From Eremomyces bilateralis CBS 781.70 (lineage: Eukaryota), in assembly GCA_010015585.1 (NCBI GenBank), contig ML975155.1: DNA of 64,000 nt. One strand, given 5' to 3'. Positions 53,223 through 64,000 of this stretch are shown piece by piece. Position 1 is the first letter of the stretch. Every line of letters starts with the position of its first letter. The notes under the pieces were generated by a model. The model did no database searches and was not told where the DNA came from. It worked only from the letters and a program-made list of their open reading frames with translations. A program made the translations under genes and the position numbers.

Positions 53223-54668
53223 ATGTCTCCTTCTTCCACTTCCCCGAAACAAATACCGCTTCAACGCCTCACTCCCAGCCGTCGTCTTCAACAAATCTCA
53301 AACCACATGGCGTCCTCCAAACCCTCCGCCTTCCCGGCCTCGACCGTGCCGCAGGCACCGGAAGATCCGCTGTTCGGCCTGATGGCTGCGTACAAGCGGG
53401 ATACCTCGGAGAAGAAGGTGGATTTGGGAATTGGCGCGTATCGTGATGATAATGCGAAGCCGTGGGTGTTGCCGGTGGTGAAGAAGGTGAGTGCGACAGC
53501 GAGTGGCAATGCTTATCGCGAGAACGGGAATACTGACTGTCCTGTTCTCAGGCCGATGATATCCTAAGAAATGATCCAAACCTCAATCATGAATATCTGC
53601 CCATTGCCGGTCTTCCGGAGTTCACTTCCGCATCGCAGAAGCTCATCTTCGGATCGGATAGCCAGGCAATCAAGGACGGTCGCGTAAGTCTGCGCCATCT
53701 ACAACCTCACATCATCCTAACTCCTCTAGGTCGCCTCCATCCAAGCCATCTCCGGCACTGGTTCCCTCCATCTCGGCGCCCTCTTCCTCCGCAAATTCTA
53801 CAACCCCGCCAATCCCCCTAGCATCTACCTCTCCAACCCCACCTGGGCCAACCACCACCAAATCTTCACCAACGTTTCCCTCCAACTCGCCCACTACCCC
53901 TACTTCTCTCCGCAGACCCGCGGCCTCGACTTCACCGGCATGCTCGCCGCCATCTCCGCTGCCCCCACCGGCAGCATCATCCTCCTGCACGCCTGCGCCC
54001 ACAACCCCACCGGCGTCGACCCCACCCAAGCCCAATGGACCCAAATCGCCGACGTCATGGAACAAAAGGGCCTCTTCCCCTTCTTCGACAACGCCTACCA
54101 GGGCTTCGCCTCCGGCGACCTCGACCGCGACGCCTGGGCCATCCGCCACTTCGTCGCCCGCGGCTTCGAGCTGCTGGTCGCGCAGTCGTATGCGAAGAAC
54201 TTCGGATTGTACGGCGAGCGCGCGGGCTGCTTCCACTACGTGGCGCCGGCGACGGCGAGCGCGGCGGACGCGAGCCGTGTGGCGTCGCAGCTGGCGATCT
54301 TGCAGCGGAGCGAGATCTCGAACCCGCCGGCGTATGGGGCGCGGATCGCAAGCACGGTGCTGAACAATGGGGCACTGTTCGCGGAGTGGAAGGAGAATCT
54401 GACAACGATGAGTGGAAGGTTGATTGGGATGCGGGCGGAGTTGCGGGGGTTGTTGGAGAAGAAGGGGACGCCGGGGACGTGGAATCATGTGACGGATCAG
54501 ATTGGGATGTTTAGCTTCACGGGGCTGTCGGAGAAGCAGGTGGGGTTGTTGAGGGAGAAGTGGCATGTGTATATGACGAAGAATGGGCGGGCGAGCGTCG
54601 CGGGGTTGAATAGCCGGAACGTGGAGTATGTGGCGGAGGCGATTGATGACGTTGTGAGGTCGGCCTAG
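53223..54668 (+). CDS. AAT2: Aspartate aminotransferase, cytosolic/peroxisomal type
   Basis: APEDPLFGL, KVDLGIGAYRDD, HACAHNPTGVD, FFDNAYQGFASGD, QSYAKNFGLYGERAG. Introns 53487-53551 and 53684-53729. Two in-frame ATGs (53223, 53307). Confidence 0.97.
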
Positions 54669-54881
54669 GGAGATTAAGACAGACGGGAGAGAGTATTGGG
54701 TTGGACAGTGGATGTGGTAGGATGTGGTATATAACCCATCTAAAATGGGTAATCCAGGCGCTTCGACTTTTGCTGTTTGTTTAGACTGTTCCCACTCATA
54801 CCATAGACTCTCAACACGATACATCAACGCTAGTTAGTATGCAATGTGTATTCCTTTCATCTGACGCATCCCTCGTAAACG

Positions 54882-56118
54882 CTACGTGATCAGATCCCAT
54901 ACTATCATGGTCGAACAGAATGCCCCCGTGGCCCAGAACACCATCTGCGCCGTGCTCTTCCGCTCGGAAGCCCGCTTCAGCTCCTTGGTGCCCCTATCTA
55001 CGTTCACGGCCGTGTCCATCGCATCTTCCTGTAATTGCGAGATGTGGTCCGCCTGCACCGAAATCTCCGTGGCCAACTGCGTGTTCAGCTCCGCGATGGT
55101 GACCATCGACTGCTGAGTTTGCCTGCCACCAACGCGTTAGCATAATTCCCATGTATGACCGGAATCTTTCGGTCGACGTACCTGATCTGCTCCATATCCC
55201 GCTCTGCCTGCTTTAAGATCAGATCCTCCTCCTCCTGCAACATCTGCAGCTCCTCCTGACTCATCTGGCCCTCCAATTCCCTCCTCTGGCTCTCCCCCTC
55301 CTCCACCTCCTCCGCACTCGCCGCTCCCCCCACCCCCCTAAAAAACTCCATCTCCTCCTTCCCCATCCCCTTCCCTCCCACCCTCCCACCAATCCCTCCC
55401 CCAACTCTCCCTCCTGCCCCTCCCTTTCCCCATAAACTCCTCGCCCTCTCCCTCTCCCTCTCCACCCATACCTCCACCATCCCGCCCTGCACCTCCCCCA
55501 CCCTCCTCAACCGCCCCCTCAAATCCGCCGCCACCCCCTCCCAAAACTCCCTTCTCTGCCGCCCCTGCGTCTCCTCCGCCACCTCCTCCTCGCTCCGCGC
55601 GCCCCCCGCCGCCCACCGCTCCAGCGTGCGCGCCACCGCGTTCTTTTGCGTCGATGTGACGGAGGAGTCGAGGTGCGTGGTCACGGCGGTGGAGAGCGCG
55701 GTGATGCTGGAGGCGAGGTTGCGGAGGAGGGTGGAGGTGGAGGCATCGATTTGGTGGCGTTCAGGGGCGGTGAGGGGGGTGGTGGCAGAGGTGGGTGGTG
55801 GGGGTGTGAGGGTGGTGGAGGAGGAGAGGGTGGAGAGGGAGGAGGAAAGGGAGGGGCGGCGGGCAGCGCGGTGAGTTTGGTGGAGGGGGAGGGCGAGGTA
55901 GGAGGGACGGATTTGTTGGAGGTAGGCGTGGAGTTTGGAAATTTGGGCGTTCTGAGCGAGGTTAGCGGGTTGGGGAGGGTTGGGGAGGGTTGGGGACGTA
56001 CAATGGCGTAGGCTTCTTTCAGGAACTTGTCGATGCGGGAGAGGTCGAGTGGTTTGGGGGAGATGGGTGGTGTGGAGTGCTGCTTGAGCGCGGCGTTGAA
56101 GATGGGGGAGATGTCCAT
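54882..56118 (-). CDS. UFE1: ER t-SNARE, syntaxin-18/Ufe1
   Basis: N-terminal MDISPIFN...IDKFLKEAYAI/NAQISKL. SNARE motif QSMVTIAELNTQLATEISVQADHISQL...NVDRGTKELKRA and C-terminal TM anchor. Introns 56001-55952 and 55181-55123. Confidence 0.9.
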
Positions 56119-56226
56119 GATTGGTTTCGGAAGGTTTTAGCCGGATTATATGGGTTCGTGTTAGCTCATATTGTAGACAACTCAAAGTTGAGGAGCTGGT
56201 CTTGGTGTCGTCACGGTCGTCAACAA

Positions 56227-56277
56227 TTCGATGCCACGATGTCAACATTTCGATGCCACGATGTCAACATTTCGATG
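56227..56277. repeat. 22-bp tandem repeat (TTCGATGCCACGATGTCAACAT x2 plus a partial copy)
   Basis: Exact copies at 56227 and 56249, and partial TTCGATG at 56271. Confidence 0.9.
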
Positions 56278-57483
56278 AAGCTCATATATGCCTGAGGCAT
56301 TTAGTATTTGATGCCTAATATTGGTTTCAGTTTGAGAAACGGCCGATCCTCTCACAGGCCAGTTTCTGCTTCAGTTGTTCAAGACAACGCAAACAACATT
56401 TTACGGTTGTATAGGTATATTCTCATGGATTAGAGAGTGCTATCCTTGAAATCTTCACGCTGCCTATGTCGTCGAAAACAATGATTGACACCTCTCTCAA
56501 CCGCTTCCCTCTGTGTCAAGCCTTCAACGGACCGTATCCTGACCACCTATGGAAAGAGGGCCTGCTTAGCAACTAGAATGCGATTCAAGTCAATATGTTT
56601 ATCAAGTAATAGTTCTCGTAAGAGCGATTTCAATGGTGCCGACGCTAATCAACGCATCTGATCGCCTACATCTTACCTGAAAACAAGGTATGAAGGTCTA
56701 CCCCACCACATGTAACAATCAGTCATCTTCTCTTCCGCATTTCCTGTTGCCCAAATTCCATCCCACCGGGACTTTTTTCCTGCCGATTCCGACATCGCAC
56801 ATGCGACAGATAAAGGCGCACATGCCCCTAAACTAGAACCTGCAGCATCGCAACCGAGGGGTTGAGAGCAGAGACGCATTATCAATCATGTAACCAATGG
56901 CGGGTCGGGTAAATCAAAGAAGTCGCTCCGGGCGATCGAATGATGATCTATTAGGAGGCTTGCAAAGTGGCAATCCTCCGTGGAGAAATGCGGAGAGGAA
57001 ATCTCGCGAAAATCGCTGTTCTCGAGGAGAGGCGATTGCTGAGAAACCTCTGATGTTAGGCCCGTATGACGGGGGACTCGGTCTACTGACATTCAACCTC
57101 CATCCTCTAGGTGACAGCGAATATTTCACATCTCAGATCTCACATCATCGGACCGGAGCCGAAACGTAGAAAATCAAAGGCTAGACCATCTCAAACGTCG
57201 AGCATTTCCAATTTAATGTTCGGATTGGTTACATCCATAGTCCGAGCCATGGACTAAAACGGCATCCCGGCACTTCTTCCCCCCCACAGTTTCGCCGCAC
57301 TTAGTCTTCTGCCGCACGTTCTCTTTCTCGTCACGCCGTAGATCAGTCTTTGAATCATCTCAATAAATATCCGAAGACGCCCAATCGTGTGTTTCTGGCT
57401 CATCCTCCTCTTTTCATCGCCAGTTGACCGTTGGCAACTCTCATTATCTCACACAATACGCCAGTGTCACCTGAATCGCCACC

Positions 57484-59355
57484 ATGGAGGCTCTTCTTCG
57501 TCAATCGAAGTCGATGTGTCCTTTCCTGATGAAGACGTCCCCCGCGACGCTTCGGACGCTGTCGACCGCTGCCACCTTCACTGCCTCCCCGGGCGGCGGG
57601 TCCATGTCGAACCTGCAGGTTCTGGCCCGTCGTTGCCCGGTGATGGGCAAGGCGTTAGCCGTTCAGACGGCTCGGACTCGCCTTGCCACGGTGCCGGGAG
57701 CGGCTCGTCGTTATCATGGAAAAGCAGGGAAGGCCAACTTGCATACGACCGCGGCCAAGGAGGCGCAGGCCGTGAATGTGGAGGTGGTTCATGATAAGCC
57801 TGGTCAGTTTAGGAAGAGATTCATCAATGGACTGTTGACAGAGTGCTGACGGTTTCTAACAGTCCCAATTCCTCATGCAGTTCGACCCGATGCCCTCCAT
57901 CCTCGTGCTGCTGTTGCCAGCAAGCCCCCGACTCCCCAGCCGGCCGCGTTCGATTATGAGGCCTTCTATTCCGCCGAATTGGACAAGAAGCACAAGGATA
58001 AGTCCTATCGCTACTTCAACAACATCAACCGCTTGGCCAAGGAATTCCCTCGTGCCCATACGGCCAACAAGGACGAGCGAGTCACCGTGTGGTGCTCGAA
58101 CGACTACCTTGGCATGGGCCGCAACCCCGAGGTTTTGAAGAGTATGCATGAGACTCTGGACACCTATGGAGCCGGTGCCGGAGGGACTCGTAACATATCT
58201 GGCCATAACCGGCATGCCATGGAGCTGGAGGCGACTCTCGCCAAACTGCACGCCAAAGAGGCCGCTCTGGTCTTTTCGTCCTGCTACGTCGCCAACGATG
58301 CGACCCTGGCGACCCTCGGCAGCAAGCTCCCCAACTGCGTGATCTTGTCCGACAGCCTCAACCATGCGTCCATGATCCAAGGCATCCGCCATTCCGGCAC
58401 CACGAAAATGGTCTTCAAGCACAACGACATCGCGGACCTCGAGAGCAAACTCGCCTCCCTCCCCCCCTCCGTTCCCAAGATCATCGCCTTCGAATCCGTT
58501 TACTCCATGTGCGGCTCCATCGGCCCCATCGAAGCCATCTGCGACCTGGCCGACAAATACGGCGCCATCACCTTCCTCGACGAAGTCCATGCCGTCGGCA
58601 TGTACGGGCCACACGGCGCCGGCGTCGCTGAACACCTCGACTTCGAAGCCCACCGCACCGGACGTCCGACGGGCACCATCATGGACCGCGTGGATATCAT
58701 CACCGGCACCCTCGGCAAGGCATATGGCTGCGTCGGTGGGTACATCGCCGGGTCCGCGAAGCTCATCGACACGATCCGTAGCCTCGCCCCGGGGTTCATC
58801 TTCACGACGTCCCTCCCGCCCGCGACGATGGCGGGCGCGACCGCCGCGATCGAGTATCAGGTGCGCACGAACGCGGACCGCCGGCTGCAGCAAATGCACA
58901 CGCGGCAAGTAAAGCACGCGCTCGGCGCCAAAGACATCCCCGTGATCCCGAACCCGAGCCACATCGTGCCGCTGCTGGTGGGCAACGCGGCAGTGGCGCG
59001 GCAGGCGAGCGACCTACTCCTCGAGCGATTCGGGATCTACGTGCAGGCAATCAACTATCCGACGGTGCCAGTGGGGCAGGAGCGGCTGCGCATCACGCCG
59101 ACGCCGGGTCATACGGGAGAGCTGCAGGCGCATTTGGTGGAGGCGGTGGAGAGCGTGTGGGCGGAGTTGGGGATTAAGCGGACGAGCGATTGGAGGGCGG
59201 AAGGAGGATTTATTGGCGTGGGGGAGGAGGGGAAGGTGGAGGAGGATCCGCTGTGGACGGAGGAGCAGATGAAGCTGGAGGAGACGGTGCCGAAGACGTG
59301 TGGGGAGGAGGTGGAAAGGGTGGTGGTGCCGACGCCACGCACTGCATTTGCGTGA
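57484..59355 (+). CDS. HEM1: 5-aminolevulinate synthase, mitochondrial
   Basis: [15 protein letters not shown] presequence, intron 57803-57862. Motifs [40 protein letters not shown] and GTLGKAYG (PLP lysine). Confidence 0.98.
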
Positions 59356-60282
59356 GATGCATGTGAAAGCTGGATGTCGGAGTATCATAGGGGATGATTG
59401 ATGAGTATAGCTAAGGTGTGATAAGCAACGGAGAGATGAATCTACTAGTATCCCCTCCAACTCGTTTATTGCCATTGACTGTTTCCCGTGCTCCGACATT
59501 GTTTAATCCACTACCTATTGTGCCTATCCTCGACAATAGGAGGCTATTGGTTGATAGTTGGGTCTATTGAGCTTGCGTCGAACCTCCATAGTTCTACTAT
59601 GGTAGATTCGCTTCTGCGAATACTTACCAACTGACCTGTTTAATTTTGAATGTCCCGTAGCTTTCTGCGACGTACACTCAATTCTTCTTTCTTTTAGAAA
59701 CCTCAACCAACTCCTGAATGAGACATACGATCTCGTCTGCCTTTCATTATAGCAATCGAATTCACAGTGTGACTGAAGGTGCTTACCTACAAGTATCATC
59801 TCCAATTCGAGCAGATATCAGGCAATCACCAAATCCCTCACGTGATCTTCAAAGGTAGTTGTGAAATCCAGGCACTGCGCCACACTACGCCACAAATAAT
59901 CAGCCTTGTGTGTCTTTCACGTCTAAGTTGTCGCGCATTGTCTCGCCGAAAGCTCAATTCACCACCTTCACCATCCGTGGAGTTTTCGCCCACAATCCTC
60001 TCCCCTCGTTCATTTCCCTTTCAATCATTCCTTTCTCGTCCGTTCATCTCACATGAGGAGGGATTGTTGTGCTACGAGTCTCCATCAGGCAATCTCTTGC
60101 GTGTCCCCTCTATTCATCCCTGCTCCCGCTTTTCTCTGATATCATTCTCGACATCGAGCTCATCGAGACGCTGGAAGCACCTCCGAATACCTACACAGGT
60201 CGCTCATCACTGTTGGATGATCGAGATTCACTCCATCAATCGTCCCCGCCCTTATCGGGCTTCGTTCTCACAGGTCCGTCAC

Positions 60283-63200
60283 CATGCCGCCGCCGAACAA
60301 GCGCAAACGTGGTGATCGATCCTACTCCACCGATTCCACGGAGTATGGGACGCGCCCTTCACCCCACCGTCCACAGAACTTAGGCCTGGCGCAGCAGAAT
60401 CCGAACGGCCATGGCCCTTCCATGTCTGGAAGAGGAGGCGGCGCGGCAGGCCGACGATCGAGCAGAGGTGGTATGAGAACCGCGTCGAACCAACATCCTC
60501 CGAGTCCAAGCCCTTCCGCTTCCGCCGTGTCAACTACTTCGCACGCACAACAGAGACTGCAGTCACAATCCGGCTTGAAAGGACCGCCTTCTGCCGTGTC
60601 CAGCCCTACGGCCTCGATGAAATCCCCTCACCTGACTGGACAGCATCCGAATATGGCCTCTCGGCATCCAAGCACAACCAGCAGCATGGGACCTCCACCG
60701 AGCGAGAAGCCACAAGCACCGTTGATAATACCCCGAGCGTACGAATATCTCACGGACGATGTGGTGGCGGCGTTCTCGACTTCCAAAGGCTCGTTACCCG
60801 ATAAAGTCCTTAAGAAGGAGGAAGATATCTATGTGTCCTTGAACACGATGTTCCAAGAGCTGATGTATTCGGCGTTGGAGGGACGGTTATCACCTCGTGA
60901 TGCCGGTGCGGCTGTCAACATGATCTGCAAGAACGCGCAGATTGTTGAACTCGTCGATGCTTCCGACCTGTTCGTCGACTGCATCGCCATTCTACACGAG
61001 TCCGGTCTGGCCAATGCAACCCTGCATAGGCTGATCCTATCGAGCGGCGTCTCCCCTGCCTTGATGCGCGAGCGACTAGATCAAGAGCTCCTCACTGCCC
61101 TTGGTCTTGTTCGCGGTACTTTCGGACGGATGGGCATTAGATACCTGACCGCAGCACTCTACAAACCGAACTCCTACAACCTGCTTCGCGAAGAGTCCGA
61201 AGGCTACTCGAAACTCATCACGGAATATTTCACCACGGTCGAAAGCCAACCTCCGTCCGGCGAGATTGTCGCGGAAACCTTTCACCGGGTCCTCGGCTTG
61301 ATCGGCACCTTCGATCTGGATGTCGGCCGTGTGCTCGATGTCACCCTTGACGTTTTCGCGAACCTCCTCATCCGTCACAACCGCTTCTTTGTCAAGTTTA
61401 TCCGTGCCAGCACGTGGTGGCCGGAAACCGTCCCGAACGAACGGTCAGAATGGGACGCCCTTCCTTCATGGGCCGATCCTTCGTCCTCATCATGGACTAC
61501 ATCCGATGCAGATCGGCAGAAAATATCGGCACGTCGCGAGGAGCGAGACCGAATATTCTGGGACTCGGTTCGCGAGAAGGGACTTAAGGCGTACTTCGAA
61601 ATTAGCACAGCTCGAGAGCTTACAGAGGGCGAGAAAGCTGAAGTGGAAGCCCAAGCCGCGGATGAGCATTTGAATCCACAACTGAAGCAGAATGTTGAGT
61701 GGATGAAAGACACTGGAACGTTTCCACCAAAAGGAAACCACACTGCGGCCCAGTTGATTGGATTCAAGCTACGGTTCTACACGTCGAAGGCGAGAGACAA
61801 GGATGATATGCTACCAGACAACCTGATCTGCCTGGCGGCGTTGTTGATCAAGATCGGGTTCATTTCACTTCGAGACCTATATCCGCACCTATATCCCGAG
61901 GATCAGCAGATGGAGACGTTGAAGGAGAAATTGACCACCGACAAGGAAGAGCGGGAACGGAAGTCTAGGCCAGGTGGAGGAATGAACGCCTTGACCATGG
62001 CGGCTCCTTTAATCGACGACACCCTCCCCCAAGGCAGCTTACCCGCCAAAGTCCGAGAATTTGCGAAAGCCGAAGAGGCGGCCAAGAAAGACGTCGAGAT
62101 GAAAGACGCAGACGGCTTCAAGGAACCCTCTAACCAAAAGATGGCCCTCCTCAAGGCCCTGCTTTGCATCGGCGCCCTTCCCGAAGCCCTCTATTTCCTT
62201 GGTCGATTCCCTTGGCTGATGGAACTGGACCCCGAACTCCCCAAATACATCCATCGCTTCATTAATCACAGCATCAGCCAAATCTACGAGCCCCTCGAGC
62301 CACTTGCTCATCGAACGCACGTGCGAGAGGCGAAGAAAGTTCCTTTCGAACAGGCGGGTATGCCAAAGGGCCATCTGAAGGCTGGCAATCCGCCATCAAG
62401 GAAATCCCTCCGTTGGCAGAACCTCGACCGTGCCGACAATGGCGACGGGATCGACTACAAGTTCTACTGGGAGGATTGGGGTGACAATATCCCGGTGTGC
62501 AGAAGCATCGACGACTTCTTTGCCCTCTGTGCCTCGTTTATGAATGTTGCTGGCCTCAAGATCGGTCTAGATCCGGCTCTCTTGACGAAGATGACCAGAC
62601 TTGGGAAATGGAGTCTGGGGCAAGATACCTCCGAAGCCAACTTCAAGAGATGGGCGGACCTGTTGAAGCGTCTCATTGTTCCTGCATTGAGTCTGACGAG
62701 CAACAATCCCGGTGTTGTCAACGAAGTGTTCGAATTGCTCCAACTCTATCCGACCAGCGTCCGGTACAACATCTATGCCGAATGGTACACCGGTGCAACC
62801 TCACGTTTACCAGAAATGAAAACCGCCTTCGATCAATCTCGCGCAGAGACCAAAGACGTCCTCAAGCGCATCAGCAAGACCAACATCAAACAGATGGCCC
62901 GATCGCTCGCAAAGATCTCTTGCGCTTCTCCTGGCATTGTCTTCAGCGTTGCCATCAACCAAATCGAGGCGTATGACAACCTCATTGAAGTCATCGTGGA
63001 GTGCGCTCGCTACTTCACGCTGCTGGGCTACGACATTCTTACCTGGACACTCCTTAACTCCTTGGGCGGCAAAGGACGGAACGCTATGCAAGCCGATGGA
63101 ATGCTCACAAGCCGCTGGCTCCATTCCCTCTCCACATTCACGGGACGAGTCCTCAAGCGGTACAGCATCATGCAACCCACCCCGATCCTACAATACGTCA

Positions 63201-64000
63201 ACTTTCAACTTCGCAACGGCGTCTCCACCGATCTAGAGATCCTCGAACAAATCGTCACGTCCATGTCCGGCATCCGATCCGACCCGACCTTCTCGGAAGC
63301 GCAGGTTCAGGCGATGGCCGGCGGCCAGGCGCTCCAAGCGCAGATCATGGAGCAACTTCTCGACAAGCGGAGCGACGCGCGGGTGTCATCGAAGCGGTTG
63401 ATGAAATCGTTAGAATTTAAGCTCGCTGGAGACATTTTGATCGCGTTGACGCACGAGCGACAGAATTACATCTTCTATGAGACTTCGGAGAACGCGCCGT
63501 TGAAAGTGGCCGCGAACAACCTGGACAAAATCCATTATGTCTGGGCGCAGTATCTGGATCTGCTCCACACCAATTTTTCTTTCAAGGAGTTCGAGGCAGC
63601 CATTCCTGGCATCATTGACTTGGTGTCGAAATATGGCATCGATACTAGCCTTGCCTTCACGATCTATCGTCCGATCCTTACGCAAGGGATGGCAGAGGTC
63701 GATGCGAGCAGGAAGGCTGAGGAAGCGAAAAGGACAGACACGGAATCTCCTAAGACCAATGGAGACGTGGACATGAGTGATGTTGGAAAGGACGCTCCGA
63801 AACTGGCAGAGAGCACTGCCGCTACACCAACCTCTCAAGAGTCCGACTCGAAAGATGTGAGGATGGAGGATGCTTCGCCCGAAAGTACAGAGGCCAAGAC
63901 ACCAGCTCCCTCAGTCATGTTGGGTGAGCCATGGCACCCCGTCCTGAAACCGCTTTTGGACGAGATTCCCACGGACCACCTCGGCAGCATGAAAGATTCC
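60283..64000 (+). CDS. THO2: THO complex subunit 2 (5' part, continues beyond the window)
   Basis: Open frame from ATG 60283 (MPPPNKRKRGDR), missing from the ORF track, probably because no stop is reached in the window. Motifs YNLLREESEGYSKL, IGTFDLDVGRVLDV, AAQLIGFKL, LKRISKTNIK and QIEAYDNLIEVIVECARYFTLLGYD. Confidence 0.95.

Noticed and set aside
53712..54827. 371-aa antisense ORF over AAT2
   Set aside because: Same shadow effect; low-complexity product.
57856..58962. 368-aa antisense ORF over HEM1
   Set aside because: Shadow ORF caused by biased codon usage on the coding strand; no recognisable motifs.

Overview
Eukaryotic DNA from a filamentous ascomycete (Pezizomycotina): short GT..AG introns with CTRAC branch points and fungal housekeeping genes. 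The left part holds an RNase H pseudogene, an Eps1-like PDI divergent from complex I subunit NDUFA5, an NsdC-like C2H2 transcription factor in a large gene-poor region, an AT-hook orphan, a Ca2+/H+ antiporter and a conserved hypothetical gene. The middle (about 28.5-44 kb) is a gene-sparse accessory-looking stretch running from a Tc1/mariner transposase to a Ty1/copia relic. It contains three co-oriented genes: a secreted Kex2-type repeat precursor with six amphipathic peptides, an MscL-family channel with a C-terminal CxxC..CxxC tail, and a PTH11-like membrane protein. The right part is dense core genome: PGI1, an uncharacterised type I membrane protein, mitochondrial bS21, SNU71/RBM25, AAT2 (with a PTS2-like extension), UFE1, HEM1 and THO2, which runs off the window. 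The best candidate for an undescribed system is the repeat-peptide precursor, possibly with its two membrane-protein neighbours; that linkage is inference only. All family assignments come from motif recognition by eye, with no database searches.
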